Origin: Isurus oxyrinchus
Taxonomy: Eukaryota
Assembly (NCBI GenBank): GCA_026770705.1
Contig: JANJGN010000523.1
Location: forward strand, 186,001 to 250,000
Length of the DNA stretch: 64,000 bases
Reading direction: 5' to 3'
The position numbers and the translations under genes are program-made. Within the stretch, counting starts at the first letter, position 1. Each line of letters opens with the position of its first letter. This document shows, in pieces, positions 26,470-40,600 of the stretch. Under the pieces are notes generated by a model that made no database searches, was not told where the DNA came from, and was given only the letters and a program-made list of their open reading frames with translations.

Positions 26470-27605
26470 AATGGTCAGGAAAGCGAGATCTCAGGATATG
26501 CAGGGGAAGGTGGCAGGTTGGATCCAAATTTGTCTCATGACAAGAAACAAAGTGCAATGGTCAATGGGTGTTTCTGCGAAAGGGAAACGGTTCCCAGTGC
26601 TTTTCCACAACGCTCAGTGCTGGGCTCTTGCTGTTTGTTGTGTTTATTAATAACTTAAACTTAAATGTGAGAGGCATGATTGGGAAATTTGCAGGTGACG
26701 CAAAAATTGGTCGTGTAGTGGAGAGACTAGCTGTGGATTCCAAAATGACATGACTGGTTTGGTTGAGTAGGCGAAGTGGCAAATGGGATTGAATTTGGAA
26801 AAGTGTGAGCTAATGCATTTGAGAGGGCGGAGGAGACAAAGCAAAGGAATTCTCAATAAACAGAAAGATATTGGGAGGTTGAGGAAGTGCGAGACCTTGG
26901 GGTGGATGTTCACAGCTTCCCAAAAGTTGGCGGGACAGGTGGACAAGGTGGTCAAGAAAACATATGCAATATTTTCCTTTATTTGGCGAGGTATTGAACA
27001 GTAAAGCAAGGATGTAATAATGGAACTTTGTAAAACGCTGGTTAAACTACAGCTGGAGCTTTGCGTACAATCCTGGTCACCACGTTACAAGAAAGCATAA
27101 TCGCTCGCAGAGAGCTTAGAGGAGATTTACAAGAATGTTGCCAGGGCTTGAAAATAGCATCTATGTGGAGAGATTAGATATGCTAGGGCTGTTTTCCTTA
27201 GAACAGAGAAGGCTAAGGGGTGACATGATTCAGGTGTACAAAATTACGAGGGGCCTATATAGGGCAGACAGAAAAGAGTTGTCTCTCGTCACTGAGCCGT
27301 CAATTATCAGGGGGAAGAGATTTAAGGTGATTGGTAGACAGATTAGAGGGGACATGAAGCAAAACATTTTCACCAAGATGGTGGTTGACATCTGGAATTC
27401 ACTGCATAAGTTGGTGGTTGAAGTAGAAACGGTCAACCCATTTGAAAGGCACTTGGATCTGCACTGAACTGCTGTAACCTGCAAGGCCATTGACCAGGTG
27501 CTGGGAAGTGGGGTTAAAATGAGCGGCGAGTTTCTTTTATTTTTGGCCAGTGCAATCACAATGGGCTGAATGGCCTCTTTCTGCACCATAACTTTTCTAG
27601 GGTTC
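26470..27605 (+). mobile_element. CR1 LINE RT/3' fragment
   Basis: LLFVVFINNL..KFAGDAKIG; LGLFSLEQRRLRGDMIQVYKI; CR1 tail. Confidence 0.9.
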
Positions 27606-28780
27606 TATTATCTGACAGTTTTTAAGCTCTAAAGTATGTATCCTCTTTCCAAAGTTGAATTCGCTTCTGCTATCATTTCAGGTTGTTCATTGCAGCTCAT
27701 GCCAACTCACCATGTTAACAAAATCAGTTCTCATCTCACCATCCAGTTGAATTAATCTGAATCTGTCATCTCTGATCACTGATTGTTGTGCCAGTTGAAA
27801 CGGGCTCTCTTTATTTACTCCATCAAACCTTTAGTGATTTTGAACATGTATATGAAAGAGATGTAGAGATGGAGAGAGATGCCAGAACTGACACAGAGCA
27901 TAAAACTGAGCGAGGTTAAAGAGAAATAAGGAAGAGGCGGCGAGAGAGGTAAATTGAGAAATAAAACCAACAAGCAACACAGAGCAAATGTCACAAAATA
28001 TAAGGGAGCAAGCGGTCATTTCCCAGCTTTAGAGAACAGGGGAAGTTCAGTGAATGATCCACAGACACATCCAGTTATGTTCTGGAATGGCAACTCGAAA
28101 TAGAAATAGATCACAGCAGCCCCATTTGTAAATCTCACCGCAATGTGATCTGTGTGACTCTGCACTGACTCTGTGGCCAGATATAGGCCGCCTTCACAGA
28201 TGTTTCCACCAGATTGTGGCCCCTAGATTTATTTACTGCTTAGAAGTGAGATGTGCGGTGAGGAACCAACAACAGAGAAACAGGAAGTGGTGCTACCTGA
28301 GAATGAAACAGCAGCCGTCAGTTTGATGTTATCACCATGAACAGTCTTCTTGCCTATGAGGGTGAACTCACTCTGACAGCATCAAGAAGCCCAGCATAGA
28401 TTGTTCCTAGTTTTTACATTGCATTCACCTCCATTCCCATATAAAAAACAAAACATATGAGTTTCTATTTGTTGTAGCATGTTTATTGAAGGTGGAGGTG
28501 GATTAAGGATTATCACTGGGAGAAAAAAATAAAAAAAAATTAAAAATCCTTCATGGATGACTCTTTGGGTAAAGAATGTTTTAAATGAATCATGTGTTGT
28601 CTGGTAAAGGGACAAGAGAGTTAAATGGCCTCTGTGTAAGAGCAGGGTTAGATAATTTATGTTGTGTCTGAGACAGTTGAAGTGATTAAGTTGCTGTTTT
28701 GGAAAGAAAAGAGGACAAGATGCTGAGCTGTTGAGAGAGAGAGAGAGAGACAGAGAGGGAGAGATAAGAGATTAAATGTG

Positions 28781-28952
28781 NNNNNNNNNNNNNNNNNNNN
28801 NNNNNNNNNNNNNNNNNNNNNNNNNNNNNNNNNNNNNNNNNNNNNNNNNNNNNNNNNNNNNNNNNNNNNNNNNNNNNNNNNNNNNNNNNNNNNNNNNNNN
28901 NNNNNNNNNNNNNNNNNNNNNNNNNNNNNNNNNNNNNNNNNNNNNNNNNNNN
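28781..28952. other. Assembly gap (172 N)
   Basis: Run of n, flanked by (GA)n and the tandem array. Confidence 1.
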
Positions 28953-29810
28953 TTTAGTGTAGTCTTAAATGAGCTGTGGCCTAGTGTGTTGTAAACATAA
29001 ACAGTGTTTGGATCAGTCTAACTGAGGAACATCCTTGTGTAATTTAAAAGCACTCCAGCTTGAAGGTGATAACTCAGACTAGCCTAATCTAATAGAAATA
29101 GAGATATGGACTATTTTAATATTAGATGAAGAAGGTTCGGCTGTAACAGTAACAGTGACATTGTCTAAAGCAGAAAAACTGAGGATGAATCCACTGCAGC
29201 CATTACATATAAAGTAACTGGAGGAAAATAATTTCATACAGTGCCTAAAGGCAGTGATTTATGATACAGGGTTTGATCAATATAAACGGAGACACGGTCA
29301 AGTGCACTGGCTGATGATGCAGGGTTTGATCAGTAACAACTGAGGCAGGGACAAGTGCGGTGTTTGACAATACAGGGCCTAGATTAATATCAATTGAAAC
29401 AGGGCCTAGTGAAGGAATTACTTATTAAGCTCCTTGATGAATATAAACTGAGATGAGGTCTAGTAGCAGTGATTAGTGTAACAGGGTCTAGATTTAAATG
29501 AATTGAGGCATGGTAAAGTGCAGTGATTACTGATACAAGACCTAGATTGATATAAACTGGGATAGTGCCTAGTGCAGCGATGACTGTTACTGTGCAGAGA
29601 TTAATGTAAACTGAGACAATGCCTAGTGAATCAATTACTGATTAAGAGCCTTGGTGAATATAAACTGGGGCAGGGGCAAGTGCAGTGATTACTGATGTAA
29701 GGCCTAGTTTTATATAAAGTGAGGGAGGGTCAAGTTCTGTGAATACTGATACTGGACCTGGGTTAAAATGAACAGAACAGAATCTAGTGCCGCCATTACC
29801 GATACATCAC
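28953..29810 (-). repeat. Degenerate 27/54-bp tandem array (older part)
   Basis: gtgattactgatac.agg.ctagattaatataaactgag-like units. Confidence 0.85.
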
Positions 29811-29814
29811 CTGA

Positions 29815-31250
29815 CATAGGTGTACAACCTCATATCCCTCACTTGGGAAGGGGACTGCATGCTGAGGGAGCTCAGGAATCCTCTGATTATGAGTCTACTC
29901 AAGAAGGGAGACAAGTCTGATTGCAGTAACCCAAAAGAATCCCCTTTGCTGTCTTCCAGAGGGAAGATTATTGCAAGCATCCTCCTCAGTCACACACTTA
30001 CCATGACCACAGAACTCTTCTCAGAGACGCAGTGACATTTTCACCCATCGAGAGGCACCCTGATGTTCCCTGTGTGGCAAATCAATGAGAACTGCCACGA
30101 GCAGCAGCAACAGCTGCACAAGGCCTTGCTCCGCATCACAAATGCCTTTTCCTCTGCCGACGATTAAGACATATGGAGTATCCCCTCAAATTTGGTGCCG
30201 TCAGAAATTTTTCACCATCCTCCATCTGTTCCACAATGGATTGCAAGCCCTGATCCTCACCAGCGGAACCAGCACGGACCCTACCTCAGTGAAAACTGGG
30301 GTCAGACAGGCTTGTGTCACCGCACCAACCCTCTCCTCATTGTTTTCTCTATGGAATAGTTCACCTCACCTCCAGATTACCCACAGGTGTGGAGAAAATC
30401 TAGCAAACTGATGGGAAACTGTTGATCCTACACCACCTTCAATCCAAAACCAAAATCTCCCAGCATCATTCATTGAGCTTCAGTAATCTTCTGGTTCTTG
30501 TGTGCGCCCTTACTGAAAACTGAGCTCCAGTTTATTGCTGACAACTTCTTTGAAGGATATGAAAAAAATGGCTTTCCGTTAAACACCCAGAAAGATAAGA
30601 CTCACTTCCAAACAGCCCCCAGACCACAAAACCGCCCCCATTGGCAAGATCCTGAAAATGTGGATCTTCTTCAATACCTTCAGAGACTCCTCTCTAGGAA
30701 GGCAGAAATAGGCAACAAAACTCATCATCGAGTCTAATGCAGAAGGCCAGCCTTCGGCCGACAGATGATCATGGTATTTGAGGATTAGAATTCCAAACCC
30801 AAGTCTCTGGCCATGGTATACTGGGCAGCAGTGATCTCCAAGCACCTAAATGCTTCTGAGCCTTGGACAACGTCGAGTAGGCACCTCTAAGTTCTGAAGA
30901 ATTAATACCAGCAGTGCCATTAGAAGGTTCTACAAACCCAATGTGAGGAAAGGCAGTGAAACAGCAGTGTCCTCTCTCAAACCAACGTGCCCAACAGAGA
31001 GACACTCATCACTCAATAGCGACTCTGCTGAGTGGAACATATGGTTCATATGCTGAACACAAAACTCCCAAAGTCATTAATCCACTTGGAACTCTGTCTC
31101 GGCAGGAGGCAAATAGAGTGCTTGAGGGATGTGCTCAAAGCATCCCACAAATGTTCGAACATATCTGCCAATACATGGGGGTCCCTAGTTTGTGGGTGAC
31201 CAAAATCAAAGAAGCTTATTGGGGAAGGCTGATGTCCACTAATATCTTCA
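29815..31250 (+). mobile_element. RTE-clade LINE fragment inserted in the array
   Basis: KKGDKSDCSN..LLS..GKIIA.ILL and VKTGVRQACVTAPTL motifs. Confidence 0.8.
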
Positions 31251-31254
31251 GGGG

Positions 31255-31560
31255 AGTCGTGCCAGGGTCACTCAGCTCCTGATCCCATTACAGCCTTGGT
31301 CTAAACATGGACAAATGAGCTAAAATCTAAAGTTGAGGTGAAAGTAACAGCCTTTGATATGAAGGCAGCATCTGTCAGATTGTGACATCAAGGAGCAAAA
31401 CTGGAGTCAATGGGAATCTGCGGGGAAACTCTCTGTTGGTCGGTGTCATGTGTAACACAGATGAAGATGGTTGTGGTTGTTGGAGATCAATCATCTCAGT
31501 TATCCAGAACATCACTGCAGTTGTTAATTAGAGTAATGCCCTAGGTCCAACCATCTTTAG
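31255..31560 (+). mobile_element. Family A LINE RT fragment
   Basis: Matches 11090-11360 (cagctcctga..gagtcaatgggaatc.ggggaaactct). Confidence 0.75.
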
Positions 31561-31659
31561 CAGAGTCTACAGCCAAATCAGAACATATCGAAGTGGCATG
31601 GCAGCATGTCATCCTCGATCCTCAGGAAATGCCTAAGAAGAAGGAGACAGTCTCTAGAT

Positions 31660-34600
31660 GAACTTAAACTGAGACAGAACATAGAGCAGTGATTACTGAT
31701 CCAGGTTCTAGATTAATATCTATGTCTATTACTGAAACAGGGGCGAGATTGGTATTGACTAAATTAGAGTCTAGTGCACTAATAACTTAACAGACCCTAA
31801 GTATTATAAGCGGAGTAGGGGCATTGTGCAGCAATTATAGATACAGTACCTCGGTTACTATAAACGGAGACAGGGCCTATCACAGTGAATGCTGATACAG
31901 GGCTTGGAATAAAACAACCTGAGACAGCATCTACCACAGTGATTACAGACACAGGGCCTAGATTTATATAAACTGAGACAGGGTTTGTTAGAGTAATTAC
32001 TGATGCAGGGCCTCGGTTAATATAAGCTGAGACAGGGCTTATTCCATTGATTACTGATACAGGGCCGAGATTAATATAAATGGAGACAGGGCCTATTACA
32101 TTGATTATTAATACAGGGCCGAGATTAATTTAAGCTATGACTGGATCAATTACAGAGAGTACTGATGCAAGGTAAAGATTCATATAAACTGAGGCAGGGT
32201 CTATTACAGTGAATCCTGATACAGGGTCTATATTCATATAAACTGAGACAGGGTCAATCATAATGATTATTGATACAGGGTCTAAATTAATATCGGCTGT
32301 GGGCAGGGTCTATAACAGTAATTACCAATACAATGTCTGTATGAATATAAAAAGAGACATGGTATATCACAGTGATTACTGATACAAGGTCTGTATTAAT
32401 ATAAACTGAGATAGAGACCATTGCACTGATTATTGATACAAGGTATGGATTGATGTCAGCAGAGGCTGTGCTTATCACAGTGACTACTCTTGCAAGTTTT
32501 GGATTAACATAAACTGAGACACGGTCTATTCCAATAATTACCAACACAATTCCTGTATTAATATAAACTGACACAGCGTCTATTACAGAGATAACTGATA
32601 CAAGCTATGAATACATATCAACTGAGGCAGGGTCTATTACATTAATTCTGACACAGAGAATGAATTCATACCAACTGAAACACCATGTATTACAGTTGTT
32701 ACTGATGCATTGTCTGGGTTAATATTAGCTGAGATGGGGTCTGTCACAGTTATTAATGATAAATGGTCTAGATTAATTTGAATGGAGACAAGGTATATTA
32801 CAGTGATTACTGATACAAATTATGTATTAATACAAACTGAGACAGGGTCTATTGCAATGATTACTGATACAAGTATGTATTCATATCAACTATTACAGGG
32901 CCGATTACAGTGATTACTGAAACAGGGACTGGATTAATATAAACAGGGACAAGGTCTATTAAAGTGATTACTGATATATGGTATGGATTAGAATAACCTG
33001 ACAAAGCTGTTGCAATGATTACTAATGCCGGGTCTAGATTATTATAAACAGAGACAGGGTCTATTACAGCAATCACCAGTACAAGATATGGATTGATATA
33101 AACTAAGTCAGGGTCAGCTTCAGTGATTACTGATGCAAGGGACTGATTAATAGCAAATGAGACACAGTCTGTAACAGTGATTACTGTTACAATGTATGGA
33201 CTGATGTAAACTGAGACAGGGTCTTTTACAGTGATTACTGAGACAATTACAGTGATTAATGATACAAGTTATGGATTAATATCAACTGAGTCAGGGTCCA
33301 TTACAGTGATTACTGATACAGGGTCTAGATGAATATAAACTGATACAGGGTCTCTTCCAGGGACTACTGATGTAAGGTACGGATTAATAAAAAAATGAGA
33401 CAGGGTTTATTACAGCGATTATTGATGCATTGTATGAATTAAAAGAAACTGAGACAGAGTATATTACAGTAATTATCAATACAATGTCCTTATTAATATA
33501 AACTGAGACAGAGTCTATTACTGTGATTAATGATACAAGGTGTGGATTAATATCAACTGAGTCAGGGCCCATTACAGTGATTACTGATATAGGGTCTAGA
33601 TCAATAGAAACTGAGGCAGAGATTATTACAGTGATTATCGGTGCAAGATATGGATTAATATACACTGAGTCATGGTATGTTACAGTGATTACTAATACAA
33701 GGACTGGATTCATATCAACTGAGACAAGGTCTATTACAGTGATCACTGATGCAATGTCTGGGTTAACATAAATTTGGACAGGATATATTCGAGTGATTAT
33801 TGATACATGGTATTGATTAAAATTAACTGAAACAGTGTCTGTTACATTTATTAATGATAAATGGTCTAGATTAATAGAAACTGAGACAGGGTCTCTTCCA
33901 GTGATTACTGATTCAAGGTATGGATTAACATAAACTGAGACACTGTCTATCACAATGATTACTGATACAGGGTCTGCATTAATATAAAGCGAGACAAGGT
34001 CTATTACAGTTATTACCAATACAAGTCTTGGATGGATATAAACATAGTCAGGGTCTACTTTAGTGATTACTGATACAAAGTATTGATGAATAGCAATTAT
34101 GACAGGGTCTATTATGGTAATTACTGATACATGGTCTAGAATAATATAACCTGAGGCAGAGTCTATATCAGGGTCTATTACAGTGATTACTGATACAGAG
34201 TCTAGATTAATATAAATGGAGACAGGATAAATCACAGTGATTATTGATACAGGATCTACATTAATATAGACATAGCACCGGGTCTATTACAGTAATTGCC
34301 AATACAATGTCTATGTTAATATAAACTGAAACATGGTATATCTAAGCGATTACTGAAACAAGGTTGTACTAATATTAACTGAGACAGGGTCTGTTACAGT
34401 GATTACTGATACAAATTATGAATTAATATAAACTGAGACAGGGTCTATTACAATGATTACAGATAAAAGGTATGGATTTGTACCAACTGCGATAGGGTTT
34501 ATTACAGTGATTACTGATACAGTGTCTGGATTAGTATAAACTGAGACAAGGGCTTTTACTTTGATTACTAATACATGGTACTGATTAAAATAACTTGAAA

Positions 34601-37600
34601 GAGCCTGTTACAATGACTACCAACGCAGGGCCTAGATTAATATAATAGACAGTGTCTATTATAGTGTTTATTGGATTGATATAAATTCATTCAGAATCAA
34701 CTTCAGTGATTACTGATACAAGGTATTGATTAATATCAGCTGAGACAGGGACTTTTATTGTGATTACTGAGACAAGGTCTGCATTAATATAAACCAAGGC
34801 ATGATCTATTACAGTGGTTACTGATACAAGGTGTTGATTAACATCAACTGAGTCAGGATCAATTTCAATGATGACTGATACAGGATCCAGATGAATATAA
34901 ACTGTGTCAAGGTCTATTGGAGTAATTACTGTTACAGATAATGGATTAACATAATCTGAGACAGGGTGTAATACAGTCATTCCTGATGAAGGGTATGGAT
35001 TAATAAACTGATCAACAGAGTTTATTGCAGTGATTAGTGATACTAGTAATGGCTTAATATCCACTGTGAAAGGGTGTATTACATTAATTACAAAAAAAAC
35101 TATTCCTGTATTACTATAGACTGAGAGATGGTATCTAACAGTTGTTATTGATACAATGTATGGATTAATATCAACTGAGGCAGGGTCTATTACAGTGGTT
35201 ATTAAGCACAGTCTAGATTAGTGTAAATGGAGACAGGGTCAATCACAATGATTATTGATACAGAATCTAGGTGAATACAGACTAAGGACAGGGCCTATTG
35301 CAGTAATTACCAATACAATGCCTGTCTTAATTAGCGATTACTGATATAAAGTATGGATTAATATCAACTGAGACAGAGCTTGTTATAGTGACTACAGATA
35401 CAAGTTTTTAGATTAACAATTCTGAGACATGATCTATTATGGTAATTACCAATGCAATGTGTGTGTTTATATAAACTGAGACAGTGTATATTACAGAGCA
35501 TACTGATGCAAGGTATGGATTCATAACAATTGATAGAGGGTCAGTTAAAGTGATTAGTGATACAGGGTCTGGATTAATATAAATTGAGACAGGGTCCATT
35601 ACAGTGATTACTGATACAAGTTATGGATTAATATAAACTGAGACAAGGCCTATTACAATGATTACTCATATATGGTATGGATTAAAATAAACTCAGACCG
35701 GGTCTGTTACATTGATTTCTGATACAAGCTCTAGATTAATATAAACTGAGGCAGGGTCTATTAGAGTAATTACCTATACAAGATCTGAATTAATATAAAT
35801 GAGACAGGGTATATTACTGTGATTACCAATAGAAGGTCTGTATTGATATAAACTAAGTCAGGGTCAGCATCAGTGATTACTGATTCAAGGTTTTGATTAA
35901 TATCAACTGAGACAGCACCTATTATAATGATTAGTGATACAGGATCAAGCTTAATATAAACTGAGAGAAGACCTAATACAGTGATTACAGATGCAAGGCA
36001 TGGATTAATATCAACTGAGATAGGGTCTATTACAGTGATTGCTATTACAGGATCTAGATTAATATAAACTGAAACAAGGTCGACTACAATGATTTTTGAT
36101 ACAGGGTCGAGATTAATATAAACTGAGTCAGCATCTATTAGACTAATTACTACTTCACGGTTGGTATCAATATAAACTGAGACAGGGTCTATTACACTGA
36201 TTACTGATTCAAGGCCTGCATTACCACAAACAGAGACATAGTCTATTGCATTGATTACTGATACAAGTTTTGGATTAATATAATCTGAGACAGGGTATAT
36301 TGCAGTGTTTACACTGATACAAGATATGGATTCATATCAATTGAGATAGAGCCTATTACAGTGATTCCTGATACAGGGTCTGTATTAATATGAACTGAGA
36401 AAAGGCCTACTACAGTGATTATTGTTATATGGTATGAATTAAAATAAACTGAGAAAGGGTCTCTTACAATGCTTACGGATACAGAGTCTGGATTAATTAA
36501 AACAGAGGCAGGCTCTATTACAGTGGTTGCCAATAAAAGGCTTTGATTGATCTAAACTGAGTCAGGGCCTACTTCAGTGATTACTGACACAAGGTGTTGA
36601 TTAATTTCAATGGAGACAGGGTCTGTTGCAATGATTAATGTTGCAATGCATGGATTGATTTAAACTGAGACAGGGTCTTTTACAGTGATTAATGAGACAA
36701 GGTCAGTATTAATATAAACTGAGACAGGGTCTATTACAGTGATTACTGATACAGGGCCTGGAATAATGTAAACTGAGACACGGTCCATTACAGTGATTAC
36801 TGATACATGGTATGGATTAATAAAAAATGAGACAGGTATTATTACAGTAATTACTGACACATGGCATGGATTAAAATAAACTGCGACAGTATCTGTTAAA
36901 GTTCTTACTGATACATGGTCTTGATTAAGGAAATAGAGACCGTGCCTCTTTCAGTGATTAATAATACAAGGTCTGGATTGATATAAATTGAGACAGGGTC
37001 TATTCCAGTCATTATCAAGATTAGGTCTGTCTAATATAGATTTAGTCAGCATCTACTTCAGTGATTACTGATACAAGGTATTGATTAATATCAACTGAGA
37101 CAGGGTCAGTTACAGTGGTTATTGGTAAAATATTTGGATTGATATAAACTGAGATAGGGTCTTTTACAGTCATTAATGATACAAGGCCTGTATTAATATA
37201 AAATGAGACATGGTCCATTACAGTGATTACTGATACAAGATGTGGATTAAAATAAAGTGAGACAAGGTCTGTTAAATTTATTATTGATACATGGTATGGA
37301 TTAAAAGAAACTGAGACAGAATGTATTGCAGTGATTACCAATACAAGACCTGAATTGATATAAACTGAGATACAGACTATTCCAGCCATTACCAAGACAA
37401 GGTCTGTATTAATATAAACTGAGTTAGGGTCTACTTCAGTGATCACTGATTCAAGGTATTAAGTAATAACAACACAGATAGGGTCTGTTGCAGTGCAACA
37501 ATGTATGGATTGAAGTAAACTGAGTCAGGGTCTTTTACACTGATTACTGAGACAAGGTCTGTGTTAATGTAAAGTGAGACAGGGTCACTAACATTGTTTG

Positions 37601-40600
37601 CTGATACAAGGTATGGATTAATTTCAACTGAGGCAGGGCCTATTACAGTGATCATTGATACAGGGTATCTATTTACATAAACTGAGACAGGGTTTATTAC
37701 AGTGACTACTGATACAAGTTATGGATTCATAACAACTGAGACAGGGTCTATTGCAGTGATTACTAATGCTGGTTATGAGGATAATATATACTGAGACAGA
37801 GTGTATTACAATGATTACTGATACATAGTATGTATTAAGATTAGCAGAGACATGTTCTATTACAGTGATTACCAACACAAGGCCTGTATTGATATAAACT
37901 GAGCCACAGTCTACTTCAGTGGTCACTGATACAATGCATTGATTAATATCAACAGAGAGGGTCTGTTACAGTGATTACTGTTACAATGTATGGATTGAAA
38001 TAAACCGAAAGAGCATCTTACACAGTGACTAATGATAAAATGTCTGTATTAATATAAATGGAGATAGGGTCTCTTTTAGTGGTTACTGATACAAGGCATG
38101 GATTAACATCAATTGAGGTAGGGTCAGTAATTACTAATACAGGACCTAGATTAATATAAACTGAGGTAAGGCCTATATCAATGATTACTTTTACAATATA
38201 TGGATTACAATAGATGTACAAAGGGTCTATTTCACTGATTACTGTACATGGCCTGTATTAATATAAACTGAGGCAGGGTCTCTTTCAGTGTTTACTGATA
38301 CAAGGTATGGATTAATATCAATTGAGGCAGGGTCCATTACAGTGGTTACTGATACAAGGCATGGGTTAATATAATATGAGACAGAGTCTATTACAGTGAA
38401 AAAACTCAGCAGGTCTGGCAACATCGGCGGAGAAGAAAAGAGTTGACACTTCGAGTCCTCATGACCCTTCAACAGAACTGGGTGAATCCTAGGATCATCT
38501 TTCCATGAGGACTCGAAACATCAACGCTTTTCTTCTCTGCCGATGCTGCCAGACCTGCTGAGTTTTTCTAGGTAATTCTGTTTTTGTTTTGGATTTCCAG
38601 CATCCGCAGTTTTTTGTTTTTATCTATTACAGTGCTTACTGATACAAGGTCTGGGCTGGTCTAAATTGAGACAGGGTGTATTACTGCGACTACTGATACA
38701 GGATCTGAATTGATATAATCTGATACTGGGTGTAGTACAGTAATTTCTGATGCAGGGCCTAAGTTAATATACACTGAGAGAGGGTCCATTACATTGAACA
38801 CTGATACAAGGTCTGTGTTAATATAAGGTAAGGCAGAATCACTTTCAGTGATTGCTGATAAAATGTATGGATTAATATCAAGTGAGGCAAGGTCTCTTTC
38901 AGTGGTTACTGATGCAACATATGGATTAATAGCAACTGATGCAGGGTCTATCACAGTGATTACTGATACAGGGTCTAGATTAATATAAACTGAGACAGGT
39001 TCTGTTACAGTGTTAATGATGCAAGGTCTGGACTGGTGTAAACTGAGACAGCACGTTTTATAGTGAATACTGCCAGAGGGTCTGTATTGATATAATCTGA
39101 AACTCGGTACAGTACAATGATCACTGATACAGGTTCTGGATTAATATAAACTGAGACTGGGTCTAGTACAATAATTACTGATACAGTTCTGGATTAATAT
39201 AAACTGAGACTAGGTCTAGTACAGTGATTACTGATACATGGTATGGATTAAGATAAACTGGAAAGGATCAATTAATGTGGTTACCGACATAAGGCCTGCA
39301 TTAATATAAACTGAGAATGGGTCAATTACATTAATTAATGATACAGGGCCTAGATTAATATAAACTGAGACAGGCTCAGTTACAGTGATTACTGATAAAT
39401 GGTCTCAATTAATTTAAGCTTACACAGAGTCTATTACAATGATTACTGATACAGGTTGCAGGTTATTATAAACTGAGACAAGGCCTATTGAAGTGATTAC
39501 CAGTACAATATCTGCATTAATATAAACAGCGACAGTGTCAGTTCAAGTGAATACTGATACAAGGCATGGATTAATATAAATGGAGACAGTGTGTATTACT
39601 GTGAATACTGATACAGGTTATGGGTTAATATAAACTGAGACAGGCTCTATTACAGCATTCACCAATACAATATCTGTGAATATATAAACTGAGAAAGGGT
39701 ATTTTGCAGTGATTATTGATTCAAGGCATGGATTAATATAAACTGAGACTGGGTCTATTATAGTGATTGCTGATACATGGTATTGATTAACATAAACTGA
39801 GACAGGGTCTATTACAGTGATAACCAATACATGGTCTGGGCTGATATTAACTGAGACAGGGTCTATTCCAGTGATTAACAAGACAAGGTATATATTGATA
39901 TAAAGTGTGTCAGGGTTGTTACAGGGATTACTGATACAAGGTATTGATTACTATCAACTGAGGCAGGGTCTCTTGTGGTGATTACTAATACAAGGTTTGT
40001 ATTAATAAAAACTGAGACAGGGTCTCTTTCAGTGCTTACTGTTATAAGACATTGGTTAATATAAACGGAGACAGTATGTATTATAGTGAATACTGAAACA
40101 GGTTATGGGTTATTATAAACTGAGACAGCCTCTATTACAGAAATTACCAATAAAATATCTGTATTTATATAAATTGAGAAAGGGTATTTTGCAGTGGTTA
40201 TTGATACAAGGCATGGATTAACATAAACTGAGACAGGTTCTATTACAGTGATTACCAATACATGGTCTATATTGATATAAAGAGTGCTAGGGTGTTTACA
40301 GGGATTACTGATACAAGGTATTGATTACTATCAACTGAGACAGGGTCTCTTACAGTGATTACTAATACAAGGTTTGTATAATATAAACTGAGACAGTCTC
40401 TTTCAGTGCTTACTGATACAAAACATGGATTAATATAAACTGAGGCAATCTGTATTACAGTGAATACTGAAATAGGTTATTGGTTAATATAATTTGAGAC
40501 AGGCTCTATTATAGCATTCACCAATACAATGTCTGTATTTATATAAACCTAGAAAAGGTTTTTACAGTGAATGTTGATACAATGCATGGATTAATATAAA

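Noticed and set aside
33384-34235. 283-aa ORF and other VITVIDPVS-repeat ORFs as a repeat protein
   Set aside because: By-product of a 27/54-bp (multiple of 3) tandem array; neighbouring monomers are full of stops and frameshifts, and there is no gene structure.
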